64,000 bases of DNA from an uncultured Pelagibacteraceae bacterium (lineage in GTDB: Bacteria; Pseudomonadota; Alphaproteobacteria; Pelagibacterales; Pelagibacteraceae): the NCBI GenBank assembly GCA_902606065.1, contig CACLEX010000001.1, positions 262 to 64,261 on the forward strand, read 5' to 3'. The notes under the pieces were generated by a model. That model was not told the DNA's origin and ran no database searches. It saw only the letters and a program-made list of their open reading frames with translations. Made by a program: the position numbers and the translations under genes. How positions within the stretch are numbered: the first letter of the stretch is position 1; each line of letters begins with the position of its first letter. Positions 1 to 11,270 of this stretch are shown here, one piece after another.

Positions 1-1
1 T

Positions 2-712
2 CTTAAAAAAAATAAAATTCCATTCATCTTATTTGTATCTACTGAACCTGTAGGTAAAAAAGGGTATATGACTTGGGATGAAATTAAAGAAATTGATGAC
101 TCAAATATAGGCTATATAGGACACCATTCACATACACATGAATATTTAATTGATATGACAGAAAAAGAATTCATAAACGACATAGAAACAGCAACTAAAA
201 TTTTTAAAGATAAACTAGGGTATGTGCCACCAATATTTTCATATCCTTTTGGTGAATATTCTCTTGTTATGAAAAGTTATATATCGAAAAATTTTGAAAT
301 TGCTTTTGGACAACACTCGGGAATAATTGATAACAATAAAGATAAATTTGAATTACCAAGATTTCCAATAAATGAAAAGTATGGAGATTTAAAACGATTT
401 AACTCACTAATAAATTATAATCCTCTAGAGTACAAATCTCTTAAACCAGTAGAAAAAAAATTAGAAAAAAATAATAATCCACCTAGATTAATTGTGGAAT
501 TTTTTGATAATCAAAAAAATATTAAAAATATCAATTGTTATTCAAATGATGGTGGTTCATGGGGCCAACCAAATTTAGTATTCGAAAAAAATATTCTTTA
601 TATCAATTTCGAGTCTAAATTTTTACCAAGACGCGGAAGAATAAATTGTTCCTTAAATGATGATGGCAAGTGGCGTTGGTTTGGAACCCAATTTGTTATA
701 ATGGAAAATTAA
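2..712 (+). CDS. Polysaccharide deacetylase (NodB/CE4 family), 5'-truncated by the window edge
   Basis: Frame is open from position 2 (LKKNKIPFILFVST...GYM); motifs GHHSHTH, FSYPFGEY, LPRFPI. Confidence 0.85.
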   Translation, partial: LKKNKIPFILFVSTEPVGKKGYMTWDEIKEIDDSNIGYIGHHSHTHEYLIDMTEKEFINDIETATKIFKDKLGYVPPIFSYPFGEYSLVMKSYISKNFEIAFGQHSGIIDNNKDKFELPRFPINEKYGDLKRFNSLINYNPLEYKSLKPVEKKLEKNNNPPRLIVEFFDNQKNIKNINCYSNDGGSWGQPNLVFEKNILYINFESKFLPRRGRINCSLNDDGKWRWFGTQFVIMEN

Positions 713-1779
713 ATTAAACTTTCAAGCTCTTTGCTTGAAGGAAGTAACTTAGCATCATCAAAATCTTTTAAATTATTTTGATTAATAATTTTTTGCAAAA
801 CTTCCACATACTGATTTCCAGTTTCAGCATAATTTTTTAAAAATTGAGATAGAATTAAACTATCTAAAGGTTGATTGTTATCTCTTAAATGTGCTCTTGC
901 TAATCTAAAATTTTTATATGATCGATGAGTATTTAAATTTCTTTGATAAGCTCTAACTGAGGCTTGTAATACATTAAATTTCATAACTTTATGACCCTTA
1001 TTCTCATCAGCCTCTTTAGGTTTTAGGCCCTCACCAGACCAAGTCCATTGCCCAAAAAGTGCATTGCCCTCTTGTGCAAATCTTGATGTTCCCCATCCTG
1101 TTTCTTTCGCAGCTTGAGCAAGTGCTAAAGAAACTGGTATTTCATCCATTCTGATTTTAAGTGTTGTTAAATCTTTTGATGTTACTCCATATTGTTTGTA
1201 TTTTTTTTCAAGCCATTTTTTTTCTAATTTAGTGTTATTGCTTTTATTTATAATTTTAAACAAAGTCTTTCGATCTAATCTAATATTATTATTTTCTTTT
1301 AAAACTAAAGGTAAAACGATTTGAATAAAAAACTCTTTTCTTTTCTTGGTGCTTTCGATCATTTTGATTTCACCAGGAAGTAAGGTTAAAGCGACAGGCT
1401 TAACTAACTTTGTTTCCCTTACGTCATCTAGTTTATAATCGGTGTCTTGAAATAATTGCTTAATTGTAGATGCATTTAATCTTACTGTGTCTGTCTCAAG
1501 ATCGTTTAAACTAAAAATATCTATTAACAAATCTTTTTCATTCAAGTCTCCTCCATCAGCTTCAACACCCTCTTTTTTATTTAATGTATAAGCTAGTATA
1601 GCTTTTGAATTATTTTGAAATTCTTTATCATCTAAAAGTTGCTGATTGGCAAAATTAACTATTGATGGAATATGATAAAATGAAAATACAACAAAAATAC
1701 TTGTCAAAAATATTCTAGGGATAGCACCAATTCTTCTATCATCAAAAAACTTAAATATTTTTAAGTTCTTTCTTTTCAT
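709..1779 (-). CDS. Glucosaminidase-domain (GH73, Bax-like) peptidoglycan hydrolase with N-terminal membrane anchor
   Basis: IPVSLALAQAAKETGWGTSRF, NALFGQW and YAETG motifs; likely start MKRKNLK at 1779 (ORF track extends to 1857). Confidence 0.8.
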   Translation of the reverse strand: MKRKNLKIFKFFDDRRIGAIPRIFLTSIFVVFSFYHIPSIVNFANQQLLDDKEFQNNSKAILAYTLNKKEGVEADGGDLNEKDLLIDIFSLNDLETDTVRLNASTIKQLFQDTDYKLDDVRETKLVKPVALTLLPGEIKMIESTKKRKEFFIQIVLPLVLKENNNIRLDRKTLFKIINKSNNTKLEKKWLEKKYKQYGVTSKDLTTLKIRMDEIPVSLALAQAAKETGWGTSRFAQEGNALFGQWTWSGEGLKPKEADENKGHKVMKFNVLQASVRAYQRNLNTHRSYKNFRLARAHLRDNNQPLDSLILSQFLKNYAETGNQYVEVLQKIINQNNLKDFDDAKLLPSSKELESLI

Positions 1780-1857
1780 TCTAACAAAATAAAATTTTGA
1801 CTTAAAGAAAATCAGTTGATTTAAAAATTTAAGATTTTTTAATTTAAAACTGAACAT

Positions 1858-2397
1858 TTAAAGAGCCTCAACCTTCTTAACTTCTGGTAGATAGTGGCAA
1901 AGCAGATTTTGAACGCCTTGTTTTAATGTCATAGTTGAACTTGGGCATCCCGAGCAACTCCCTTGGAGCTGTACTTTAACTATACCATCTTTAAACTCTT
2001 TAAATTTGATATCTCCACCATCTTTCGCAACTGCAGGTCTGATTTTTTCATCTAATATTTTAACTATTTTTTTTTCTATGTCTTTTAAATTTTCATTATT
2101 TTCAATTAAGGTATTTTCTACAACACATTCTTTTCCAGTTGAGTAAAAATCGTTGATTAGAGAAATTACTATATGTTTAATATCATCCCATGATGTATCG
2201 TCATATTTATTTATCGAGATAAAATCTTTACCTAGAAAAATACCTTCAACGCCATTTATCGATAACAAATTTTTAACTAACTCATTATTAGTTTGATCTT
2301 TTTGTGTAATTTCAAATGACCCTTTATTTGAAACATTCTTACCAGGTAAGAATTTTAAAGAATTTGGGTTTGGTGTTATTTCAGTCTGCACAAACAT
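1858..2397 (-). CDS. NifU/Nfu family Fe-S cluster carrier
   Basis: N-terminal TPNPNSLKF; C-terminal IRPAVAKDGGD and GSCSGCPSS (CxxC). Confidence 0.93.
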   Translation of the reverse strand: MFVQTEITPNPNSLKFLPGKNVSNKGSFEITQKDQTNNELVKNLLSINGVEGIFLGKDFISINKYDDTSWDDIKHIVISLINDFYSTGKECVVENTLIENNENLKDIEKKIVKILDEKIRPAVAKDGGDIKFKEFKDGIVKVQLQGSCSGCPSSTMTLKQGVQNLLCHYLPEVKKVEAL

Positions 2398-2450
2398 GAT
2401 TTATATATAATCAATAATTGTAAAAATGAAACTTGTTAATAAAAAAAAAC

Positions 2451-3452
2451 TTAAAAACCAACAAGTTCTTGAATTTTTTTTACCTTTTCTGAGGCTATTT
2501 TATCTGCTTTTTGAGTCCCCTCTAATAATATCTTATCTAAATATTTTTTTTCACTTAACAACTTTTTAATTTCCAAAGATATTGGACAAATTTTATCAAC
2601 CATAACTTGTGATAAATTCTCTTTAAATTCCGAAAAATTTTTTCCAGAAAATTTATTTATTGTATCCTCTAAACTTACATCCATTAAACTAGAATAAATA
2701 CCCATCAAGTTCTTTGCTTCGGGTCTTTTTTCTAAATCTGCACTATCGGATGGTAGTGGCAAAGTATCAGTTTTTGCTTTTTTGATTTTATTTATTATTT
2801 GGTCTTTATCATCTGTTAAATTTATCCTGCTCAGATCTGATAATTCAGATTTACTCATTTTTTTAATACCATCTCTCAAGCTCATAATTCTTGAAAACTC
2901 TTTTTGAATCAATGGCTCAGGAATTTTAAAAAAACCATCAGCATTAAAGTCATTATTAAACTTTTGGGCTATATCTCGGCAAAGTTCTAAATGTTGTTTT
3001 TGATCATCTCCAACAGGTACGTGGGTTGTGTCATATAACAAAATATCTGCAGCCATTAAAACAGGATAAGAATAAAGGCCGATACTTGCTTTTTCTTTAT
3101 CTTTTCCAGCTTTCTCCTTAAATTGGGTCATTCTATTAAGCCATCCCATTCTAGCAACACAACTTAATATCCAGGCTGTTTCTGAATGAGCACTCACTCT
3201 TGATTGATTAAAAATAATACTTTTTTTAGGATCAATACCACTAGCAATAAAAGTTGCTACAGTTTCATAAATATTATCTTTTAATTTTTTTGGATCTTGA
3301 GCAACTGTAATAGCATGAAGATCAACTACACAGAACACACACTCATTTTGAGCTTCATTGTTAAGTTTTACAAAATTTTTGATCGCCCCCAAGTAATTTC
3401 CAAGATGAAGATTTCCCGTAGGCTGAACACCTGAAAAAATTTTTTTTCCCAT
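2451..3452 (-). CDS. trpS: Tryptophan--tRNA ligase
   Basis: SGVQPTG..HLGNY (HIGH), [27 protein letters not shown]. Confidence 0.98.
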   Translation of the reverse strand: MGKKIFSGVQPTGNLHLGNYLGAIKNFVKLNNEAQNECVFCVVDLHAITVAQDPKKLKDNIYETVATFIASGIDPKKSIIFNQSRVSAHSETAWILSCVARMGWLNRMTQFKEKAGKDKEKASIGLYSYPVLMAADILLYDTTHVPVGDDQKQHLELCRDIAQKFNNDFNADGFFKIPEPLIQKEFSRIMSLRDGIKKMSKSELSDLSRINLTDDKDQIINKIKKAKTDTLPLPSDSADLEKRPEAKNLMGIYSSLMDVSLEDTINKFSGKNFSEFKENLSQVMVDKICPISLEIKKLLSEKKYLDKILLEGTQKADKIASEKVKKIQELVGF

Positions 3453-3454
3453 AG

Positions 3455-4984
3455 TTAATACTTTAGTTTAATATCACCATATTTGAAAGCTTTGATAAAT
3501 AATGAAAAACTCAAATAGAATATAAGACTTAAAAAAGCTGAAAGTATCAAATAAAAAGATTTAAAATTATATTCATAAATCAATTTATTTTCAAAAAACA
3601 AAATTAAATAATTAAAAAATATTCCCATTAGTATAGATGCCAGAAGTATTTTTATTAATTTGGCGAAAAATAATTCGTTAAAATTAAATAAATCTTTATT
3701 TTTTAAGTAAATAAATAATATTATTGCATTAAACCATGATGAAATTGTTGTGGCTATAGGGATGATTATAAAACCAATTTCTCTAAAAAAATAAACACTT
3801 ATTAATATATTTAAAATTACCGAAAGTAATGAAATATAAAATGGTGTTTTAGTATCCTGGTTTGCGAAAAAAAAAGTCGAAAATACTTTGATTAAAGCAA
3901 AAGCAGGTAATCCTAATCCAAAATAGTAAAGTGCATTTGCTGAGTTAGATACTGACAACTGATCAAAAGAACCATAGCCAAATAATGCAGAAATAATTTG
4001 TTCTGATCCTACAATTAAAGCAACTGAGGCTGGTAGACTTAAAAACATACTAAGCTCAAGTGCTTTGTTTTGTAGTAAGAGAATTTTATTTTTTTTTTTT
4101 AAAAAAACATGTTTAGAAAGCTGTGGTAAAACAACTACGCCTATCGCTATTCCTGCGATTGCTAAGTTTATTTGATAAATCCTATCAGCGTAGTATAGAT
4201 AAGATACGGCACTGGCCTGAAAAGATGCAATTATAGTGCCAACAAGAATATTGATTTGTGTAACACCAGATGAGAAAATACTTGGTAAAAGTTTTTTGAA
4301 AAAAAATTTTACTTTATTATCAATTTTGAAGCTAAAGTTAAGTCTTATAAAATAAAATTTTTTTGCAAATTGATATAAAAAAATAAGTTGTAATAATCCT
4401 GCAATAGAAACTCCATATGATAAATAATAAACTAATTCGTCGTTAAGAAATTTGCCAAAAAACAAAATTCCAATCAAGACTATATTAAGTACTATTGGAG
4501 CTGCAGAGGCAGCAGCAAACTTATTGTGAGAATTTAGAATTGCAGCAAAAAAAGAAGATAGACTCACAAACATTAAAAATGGCATAGTTATCCTTGTAAG
4601 ATTGACAGCTAGCTGAATTTTTTCTGAATCATCAACAAAACCTGGTGCTATCAGCCTTACAAAAATTGGCATGAAAATTTCTATAATTAAAACTAAAAAC
4701 AATAGTCCTAAAAATAATAAATTGAAAATTTCGTTAGCAAATTTTTGTGATCCAGTTTTTTTTTTTACTAATTCTGAAGTGTAACTTGGTATAAAAGCTG
4801 CATTAAAGGTTCCTTCTGCAAATAATCTTCTAAAAGTATTAGGTATTCTAAATGCTACAAAAAATACATCTGCTAAAAAACTTGTTCCAAGAAAAATCGC
4901 TATCAAAACATCTCTTAAATAACCAAGTAATCTACTGATAATAGTATAAAAACCAAAAGTCCCTGTTGACTTAACTAAATTCAT
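3455..4984 (-). CDS. murJ: Lipid II flippase MurJ
   Basis: [33 protein letters not shown]; many TM helices. Confidence 0.97.
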   Translation of the reverse strand: MNLVKSTGTFGFYTIISRLLGYLRDVLIAIFLGTSFLADVFFVAFRIPNTFRRLFAEGTFNAAFIPSYTSELVKKKTGSQKFANEIFNLLFLGLLFLVLIIEIFMPIFVRLIAPGFVDDSEKIQLAVNLTRITMPFLMFVSLSSFFAAILNSHNKFAAASAAPIVLNIVLIGILFFGKFLNDELVYYLSYGVSIAGLLQLIFLYQFAKKFYFIRLNFSFKIDNKVKFFFKKLLPSIFSSGVTQINILVGTIIASFQASAVSYLYYADRIYQINLAIAGIAIGVVVLPQLSKHVFLKKKNKILLLQNKALELSMFLSLPASVALIVGSEQIISALFGYGSFDQLSVSNSANALYYFGLGLPAFALIKVFSTFFFANQDTKTPFYISLLSVILNILISVYFFREIGFIIIPIATTISSWFNAIILFIYLKNKDLFNFNELFFAKLIKILLASILMGIFFNYLILFFENKLIYEYNFKSFYLILSAFLSLIFYLSFSLFIKAFKYGDIKLKY

Positions 4985-5034
4985 AAATCATATTAGTCTT
5001 AATTTTACCCCATTTGTACACCTAATTAGCATAA

Positions 5035-7320
5035 ATGAAAAAAACAAAAATTGATCATTACACAGATAAAGAAGCTTTAGATTTTCACAAAGATAAGAAG
5101 CCAGGCAAGATTGAAATATCTTCCTCAAAAAATATGACGACAAAAAGAGATCTGGCTTTAGCATACTCGCCTGGTGTAGCTGCTCCTGTAAAAGCAATCA
5201 GTGATAATCCTGAGGCTGCGTTTGATTATACAAGTAAAGGAAACCTTGTTGCAGTAATTAGTAATGGCTCGGCGATTTTAGGAATGGGAAATTTAGGTGC
5301 GTTAGCATCTAAACCAGTGATGGAAGGTAAAGCTGTTTTATTTAAAAGATTTGCTGACATCGATTCTATAGATTTAGAGATAGACTCAGAAAATCCAGAT
5401 GAAATCATAAATAGTATAAAAAACTTTGCTCCAAGTTTTGGGGGTATTAATCTTGAGGATATTGCTGCTCCTGATTGTTTTATTATTGAAGAAAAGCTTA
5501 AAGAAATACTTGATATACCTGTGTTTCATGATGATCAGCATGGAACTGCGATTATCACAACGGCAGCACTGATTAATGCTTTGGACATTAGTAAAAAAAA
5601 AATTGATAGAGTTAAAATAGTTGTCAACGGTGCCGGAGCTTCAGCAATGGCTTGCGCTAATTTATTTAAAAAGACTGGTGTACCCCAAAAAAATATTACA
5701 ATGGTAGACAGAACAGGGGTTATTTACAGAGGTAGAGATAATTTGAACCAATGGAAATCAAGTCATGCAATTGAAACAAAAGATAAAACTCTAGATGATG
5801 CTATTACTAATGCAGATGTTTTTTTAGGCTTATCTGCAAAAGGAGCATTAACTAAAGACATGGTTAAAAAAATGGCAAAAAATCCAATTATATTTGCATG
5901 TGCTAACCCTGACCCAGAAATTACACCTGAAGAAATTGAAGACGTTAGAGATGATGCAATTATAGCGACTGGAAGGTCAGATTATCCTAATCAAGTAAAC
6001 AATTTAATAGGGTTTCCATATATTTTTAGAGGTGCATTAGATGTACGATCAAAAACAATTAATGAAGAGATGAAAATTGCAGCCGCACATGCGATAGCAA
6101 AATTAGCTAAAGAAGATGTGCCGGATGAAGTCATTGCAGCAATGGGAGGTGAAAGGCCTCACTATGGAAAAGATTATATAATTCCATCAACATTCGATCC
6201 AAGATTAATTAGTGTTATACCGGCTGCAGTTGCAAAAGCTGCTATTGATACTGGCGTAGCAAGAAAGAAAATTGATAATTTTGAAATCTATAAGGACCAA
6301 CTTAAACAAAGATTAGATCCAACTGTAACAATTATGCAGGGTGTGAATACTTATATAAAGAAAAAACAAAAAAAAGTCGTTTTTGCTGATGGTGAGGATG
6401 AAAATACACTTAAGGCTGCGATAGCTTTTAAAAACTCTGATTTAGGAATGCCCATCTTAGTTGGAAAAGAGGAGCTAATTAAAAATCAAATAAAAAAAAT
6501 TGGTTATAATGAAAATTTTGATATTGAAATTGTAAACTCAAAAGACACAGCTAAAAGAGAAAAATATGTAAAATATTTATTTAAAAAACTTCAAAGAGAA
6601 AAGGGAATGTTGGAATGGGATTGCGATAGACTTGTAAGAAACGATAGAGTTATTTGGGCTTCATGCATGGTTGCGTGTCAGGATGCAGATGCAATGATAA
6701 CCGGGAACACAAGAAGATACTCATCTTCACTGGAAAAAATTATTAAAGTTGTTGATCCAAGACCGGGGGAAATTATGTTCGGGTTAAACCTGGTTGTAAA
6801 TAGAGGTAAAACAATCTTTATCTGCGATACATCGGTCATAGAGTATCCAGACGCAAATCAATTAGCTGAAATGGCAAAATCAGCAGCGAGGGTTGCAAAA
6901 TTATTTGGTTTTGATCCAAAAGTTGCTTTTTTATCTCACTCTACTTTTGGAGAGCCAGCTACAGATAGAACAAAAAGACTAAGTGATGCTGTTGAAATTT
7001 TAAAAAATGATAAAGTTGATTTTAAATTTGATGGTGAGATGCAACCAGATGTTGCTTTAGAAGAGATGTACAAAGAACTTTATCCATTTTCAGAAATAGT
7101 TGGTAACTCAAATGTTTTAATTATGCCCAGCCAACATAGTGCCGCTATTTCCTATAAAATGATTAAGTCAATGAGTAGAGCAAAGGTAATTGGACCTTTA
7201 TTAATTGGTTTAGGTTTACCTATTGAAATAGCACCTTTAAGATCATCAACTTCTGATATTTTAAACTTAGCTTCCATTGCAGCTTACTCAGCTGATGTAA
7301 TTGATTATAAAAAAAATTAG
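5035..7320 (+). CDS. maeB: NADP-dependent malic enzyme with C-terminal phosphotransacetylase-like domain
   Basis: DLALAYSPGVA, KPVMEGKAVLFK, INLEDI, FHDDQHGTA, GAGASA; 761 aa with PTA-like tail. Confidence 0.96.
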   Translation: MKKTKIDHYTDKEALDFHKDKKPGKIEISSSKNMTTKRDLALAYSPGVAAPVKAISDNPEAAFDYTSKGNLVAVISNGSAILGMGNLGALASKPVMEGKAVLFKRFADIDSIDLEIDSENPDEIINSIKNFAPSFGGINLEDIAAPDCFIIEEKLKEILDIPVFHDDQHGTAIITTAALINALDISKKKIDRVKIVVNGAGASAMACANLFKKTGVPQKNITMVDRTGVIYRGRDNLNQWKSSHAIETKDKTLDDAITNADVFLGLSAKGALTKDMVKKMAKNPIIFACANPDPEITPEEIEDVRDDAIIATGRSDYPNQVNNLIGFPYIFRGALDVRSKTINEEMKIAAAHAIAKLAKEDVPDEVIAAMGGERPHYGKDYIIPSTFDPRLISVIPAAVAKAAIDTGVARKKIDNFEIYKDQLKQRLDPTVTIMQGVNTYIKKKQKKVVFADGEDENTLKAAIAFKNSDLGMPILVGKEELIKNQIKKIGYNENFDIEIVNSKDTAKREKYVKYLFKKLQREKGMLEWDCDRLVRNDRVIWASCMVACQDADAMITGNTRRYSSSLEKIIKVVDPRPGEIMFGLNLVVNRGKTIFICDTSVIEYPDANQLAEMAKSAARVAKLFGFDPKVAFLSHSTFGEPATDRTKRLSDAVEILKNDKVDFKFDGEMQPDVALEEMYKELYPFSEIVGNSNVLIMPSQHSAAISYKMIKSMSRAKVIGPLLIGLGLPIEIAPLRSSTSDILNLASIAAYSADVIDYKKN

Positions 7321-7910
7321 TTAGTTTTAATTCTCAAATTATCTACTAGTAAAATACTAGCAATCACATCTTCGACATCTAAAATCTCCTTTGCTTCTTT
7401 AATAACCAGATCCCTTTCATCTTTAGTTTGTGAAATTCCATAAATATAAATTTTCTTTTTATAAGTATCTATTTGATAATTTGTTGCCTTAATTTCTTTA
7501 TTTAAAATCAATGCAGTTCTTAATTGAGAAGTGATTAATAGATCCTTGGCAGATTGTTTAAAGTTAAAAGCCTCTTTTATTTTAATATCGTTTCTCACAG
7601 ATCTTACACCATTTGTCTCCCAGGCAATTTTTGTTAATTTCAATTTTTCTTCTGGCTCATCGACTTTTCCAGTTAAAAAAATTCTACCATCTAAAACTTT
7701 TGATTTTACTGATAAAAGATAGTTCTTATTCATTAATAAGATTCTAGCAGTTAAGTTTTTTTGCATCAAAGAATCATCTATCTGAGTTCCTAAAGATCTT
7801 GGATCGATAGCAACACTTACTCCAGTTCCAAAAATGCCTGAGGATGATACACCTGCGCATCCACTTAAAATAAAACCAAAAAAAAGTAAAATGAGTATTT
7901 TATTTTTCAT
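7317..7910 (-). CDS. BON-domain lipoprotein (YraP/DolP-like)
   Basis: Lipobox LSGC; DPRSLGTQIDD; two BON repeats; follows rsmI as in the yra locus. Confidence 0.85.
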   Translation of the reverse strand: MKNKILILLFFGFILSGCAGVSSSGIFGTGVSVAIDPRSLGTQIDDSLMQKNLTARILLMNKNYLLSVKSKVLDGRIFLTGKVDEPEEKLKLTKIAWETNGVRSVRNDIKIKEAFNFKQSAKDLLITSQLRTALILNKEIKATNYQIDTYKKKIYIYGISQTKDERDLVIKEAKEILDVEDVIASILLVDNLRIKTN

Positions 7911-8763
7911 CTTTAATTTTCAAACAATAATCATAGATAATTTTTTTTGAAATATCATTTTTCCGAATTATTAAATCTGTTATTTCTCTTATGCTTAGTT
8001 TATTTATCATCGCTTTAATCAATCTTTTATCTGATTCATCTAAAGTTTGTGAAGCCTTTTTGTCATGAATTTTTTCCGAAATAACAATAGTCAATTCACC
8101 TTTTAAATTAATCTTTAATCGTTCTAAATCTTCAACTTTAGATCTTTTATACTCCTCATAAAATTTTGTCATTTCTCTACAAATCAGGATTTTTCTTCCT
8201 ATAAAATTTTTTTTAATTAGAGAAATATTTTTATTAATTTTCTTTGGTGAAATAAAAAAAACGATTGAACTATTTAATCTTGATAAATTTTCCAAATCCT
8301 CTTTTAAAATTTTATCCTTTTCAGGAAAAAATCCATAAAAGAAAAACTTCTCTGAAAATCCTGATATTGATACTGCTGATATTACTGCTGAAGCACCAGG
8401 AATAGGAATAATATTGATATTATTCTTTATGCACTCATTAACTAATATAGAACCTGGATCAGAAATGCCTGGGGTGCCAGCATCTGAAATTAAAGAAATA
8501 AGTGATCCTTGATTAATTAAATTTATAATTTTAACAACATTTCTTTTCTCATTGAATTTATGATTGGCAATTAAATTTGATTTGATTTGGTATTTTTCTA
8601 ATAAATTTTTAGAAATTCTAGTATCTTCACACAAAATGTAATCTGACCTTTTAAGAGTTTCTATGGCTCTAAGACTTATATCGTTTAAATTTCCAATTGG
8701 GGTTGAGACTAAATATAGACTTTTTTTGAACACTCTATTAGCAGATTTTAAATTTTCAATCAT
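7900..8763 (-). CDS. rsmI: 16S rRNA (cytidine1402-2'-O)-methyltransferase
   Basis: LYLVSTPIGNLNDIS, CEDTR, ISDAGTPGISDPG, REMTKFYEE. Confidence 0.96.
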   Translation of the reverse strand: MIENLKSANRVFKKSLYLVSTPIGNLNDISLRAIETLKRSDYILCEDTRISKNLLEKYQIKSNLIANHKFNEKRNVVKIINLINQGSLISLISDAGTPGISDPGSILVNECIKNNINIIPIPGASAVISAVSISGFSEKFFFYGFFPEKDKILKEDLENLSRLNSSIVFFISPKKINKNISLIKKNFIGRKILICREMTKFYEEYKRSKVEDLERLKINLKGELTIVISEKIHDKKASQTLDESDKRLIKAMINKLSIREITDLIIRKNDISKKIIYDYCLKIKDEK

Positions 8764-8794
8764 ATTTATAATAAAATATTATAGTATCATTAAA

Positions 8795-9949
8795 ATGAAA
8801 AAAAATTTTAGAATTATTTTTACATTAATAATTATCTATTTAACAAATCATTCATCTGCATTTTCACAAAGTGAAAAAATTAAAATTGGGCTACTTGCAC
8901 CTTTATCTGGTGAATACAAAGAATTAGGACAATCAATAATTAAATCAACCCGAATGGCTTTGAGTGATATAGGAACAGACAATATTGAAATTTATCCAAT
9001 GGACACAGGTATTGATCCTAATCAAACTCTACAATCAGCTACTAAATTAAAGAATGAAGGAATAAAAATTTTTATCGGCCCAATTTTTTTTAAAAGCTTA
9101 ATGTATTTGGATGAAATACAAGATGTTATTTTTCTATCTTTAACAAATAAAACAAATGATTTACCGAAAAATGTGATAAGCAGTGGAGTAAATTCTTTGT
9201 CACAGTTTAATGCAATTAAAAATTTTTTAGAATTAAGTGGAGTAAAAAAAACAATTTTTTTAACACCTGATCTTGATTATAAAAATGAAATTAAAAAAGC
9301 CATTAAACAATCAAAAATCAAAATTTCCAAACATTACACTTATGACACCGAACCAACTAAACTGACAAAACAAATTGAAAAAATAACAAATTATGAGGTG
9401 AGAAAACAAAACCTAGCTGATGAAATTTTAAGAGTTGAAAACTCAGATTTAGTGGATAAAGAGGATCAAATTAGGAAATTGGAAAAAAAATATACAATTG
9501 GAAATGTAAATTTTGATTCTGTTATTATCTCTGATTTCGATGAAAATCTCAAAAGTGTAATTACTTCACTTATCTACACCGATGTATCACCACAAAATAA
9601 ATTATTTATAACTCTTAATCAATGGTTTGATGAAAGTTTATTTTTAGAGAAAAATATCCAGCCTTTATATTATCCATCGATCAATAAACAAAATCTAGAG
9701 ACTTTTAATAAAAAATTTGTAGATACATACAATTCAAAACCAAATCATCTTAGCTTATTAAGTTATGATCTTTTAGGATTAATTTATTATTTATCTTTAA
9801 AATCTGATTTTTCAGACGTTAATAATATTTTTAAAAAAGAAAATTCATTTAAAGGTAAAATAGGAATTTTTGATGTAAAAAATAACAAAATTAATCATAG
9901 ATTAAACTTTTACAAAATTGATGAGGGAGATATTAAAAAAATTTTCTAA
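8795..9949 (+). CDS. Penicillin-binding protein activator (LpoA/LppC-like) periplasmic-binding-fold protein
   Basis: Signal peptide from ATG 8795; KIGLLAPLSG, FIGPIF, SYDLLG, FKGKIGIF; divergent from rsmI. Confidence 0.75.
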   Translation: MKKNFRIIFTLIIIYLTNHSSAFSQSEKIKIGLLAPLSGEYKELGQSIIKSTRMALSDIGTDNIEIYPMDTGIDPNQTLQSATKLKNEGIKIFIGPIFFKSLMYLDEIQDVIFLSLTNKTNDLPKNVISSGVNSLSQFNAIKNFLELSGVKKTIFLTPDLDYKNEIKKAIKQSKIKISKHYTYDTEPTKLTKQIEKITNYEVRKQNLADEILRVENSDLVDKEDQIRKLEKKYTIGNVNFDSVIISDFDENLKSVITSLIYTDVSPQNKLFITLNQWFDESLFLEKNIQPLYYPSINKQNLETFNKKFVDTYNSKPNHLSLLSYDLLGLIYYLSLKSDFSDVNNIFKKENSFKGKIGIFDVKNNKINHRLNFYKIDEGDIKKIF

Positions 9950-10535
9950 GCTTTTTAAAAGCATCAGACCTATGGTCTAATTTATACTTTTGAGATGGCT
10001 TCATCTCTCCAAATGTTTTTATTTTATATTTAGGAATAAATATTGGATCATATCCAAACCCATTTTTACCCTTGGGTTCTTTGGAGATATACCCCTCAAT
10101 TTTTCCAACAACACACGCTATTTTTTTATCTAAATCACTTATAGATAAAGCACAAACAAATCTGGCATTAATTTTTTTATTTTTCCAATTTTTATCCTTT
10201 TTATCTAACGCTCTATAAACTTTTTGAATTGCCTTATTAAAATTTAATTTTTTTCCAGCCCATCTTGCTGAAAAAATTCCTGGTTTTTTATTTAAAATAT
10301 CGATTTCTAAACCAGAGTCATCAGCTAAACAGATTAGATTTGTTTTCTTTGAAAAATATTGAGATTTGATGAGAGAATTTTCTTTAAAAGTCTTTCCTGT
10401 TTCCATAGGGCTTTTTAAATTAAAATTTGAGGTAGAAAATGTTTTAATATTAGCTGGTAATAAATCTCTTATTTCCTTTAATTTTCCTTTGTTATTTGTA
10501 CCTATAAGGAGTTGTTTAATTTTTTTTTTTTGCAT
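9933..10535 (-). CDS. rdgB: Non-canonical purine NTP pyrophosphatase (RdgB/HAM1)
   Basis: TNNKGKLKE, ADDSGLE, PGIFSAR, GFGYDPIF; likely start MQKKK at 10535. Confidence 0.95.
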   Translation of the reverse strand: MQKKKIKQLLIGTNNKGKLKEIRDLLPANIKTFSTSNFNLKSPMETGKTFKENSLIKSQYFSKKTNLICLADDSGLEIDILNKKPGIFSARWAGKKLNFNKAIQKVYRALDKKDKNWKNKKINARFVCALSISDLDKKIACVVGKIEGYISKEPKGKNGFGYDPIFIPKYKIKTFGEMKPSQKYKLDHRSDAFKKLRKFF

Positions 10536-10563
10536 CTGGAAATTTAATTTTTTCTTACCATAT
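10536..10563 (+). promoter_or_regulatory. Putative RpoH (sigma32)-type promoter of grpE
   Basis: CTGGAA-N16-CCATAT, 8 nt upstream of the grpE ATG. Confidence 0.55.
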
Positions 10564-10571
10564 ATGTCCAT

Positions 10572-11210
10572 ATGGAAAAAGATCAAAACCAAGAAAATAC
10601 AGACAAACCATCAGAGAAAGATCAAAAAGATTTAAATCAAGATCAAAAAACTGAAAATTTAGAAACAAACGATAAAGAACAAGACCAAGAACAAGAAAAA
10701 ACTCCAGAAGAGAAAATTTTAGAGTTGGAAGATAAGCTTGCAAGATCATTTGCTGAAATGGAAAACCAAAGAAGAAGGTTTGAAAAAGAAAAAGAAGATG
10801 CTTTTGAATATGGAGGTTTTTCTTTTGCAAGAGAAGCTTTAAATTTAATAGATAATCTTGAAAGGTCAAAACAAATTTTATTAAACGATGAAACTTTAAA
10901 AGATACAGAGGCATTAAAAAAAACACTCGAACATTTTGACATTATCAACAAAGATTTAATTTCAATTTTTTCAAAAAATAAAATTAAGCCTATTGAATGT
11001 CTCAATAAAAAATTAGATCCAAACTTTCACCAAGCAATGATTGAAATAGAAGATGATCAAAAAGAACCCGGAACAATTGTTCAAGAAATACAAAAAGGAT
11101 TCACAATTAAAGATAGATTATTGAGACCGGCTCTAGTGGGCGTAGCAAAAAAAAGTGAAAAAAAAGACGAAAAAAATGAGGAAAATAAAGAAAATACAGG
11201 AGATAAATAA
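10572..11210 (+). CDS. grpE: Nucleotide exchange factor GrpE
   Basis: AEMENQRRR, LDPNFHQA, GFTIKDRLLRPALVGV; upstream of dnaK. Confidence 0.97.
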   Translation: MEKDQNQENTDKPSEKDQKDLNQDQKTENLETNDKEQDQEQEKTPEEKILELEDKLARSFAEMENQRRRFEKEKEDAFEYGGFSFAREALNLIDNLERSKQILLNDETLKDTEALKKTLEHFDIINKDLISIFSKNKIKPIECLNKKLDPNFHQAMIEIEDDQKEPGTIVQEIQKGFTIKDRLLRPALVGVAKKSEKKDEKNEENKENTGDK

Positions 11211-11222
11211 TATTTAAATGAA

Positions 11223-11250
11223 CTTGTAGAATTCAATTTCAACCCTATAT
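11223..11250 (+). promoter_or_regulatory. Putative RpoH (sigma32)-type promoter of dnaK-dnaJ
   Basis: CTTG-N17-CCTATAT matches the alphaproteobacterial heat-shock consensus; followed by a GAGGAG SD. Confidence 0.7.
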
Positions 11251-11270
11251 GAGGAGAACAAATAACTGAT

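Noticed and set aside
8663-8794. Long N-terminal extensions in the ORF track (also rdgB, secB, hisE, ftsK and the glucosaminidase)
   Set aside because: They overlap neighbouring genes or add non-homologous sequence; downstream ATGs give family-typical starts
10572-10710. Low-complexity Q/E/D/K-rich repeats at the grpE 5' end
   Set aside because: Normal disordered acidic GrpE N-terminus, not a DNA repeat element
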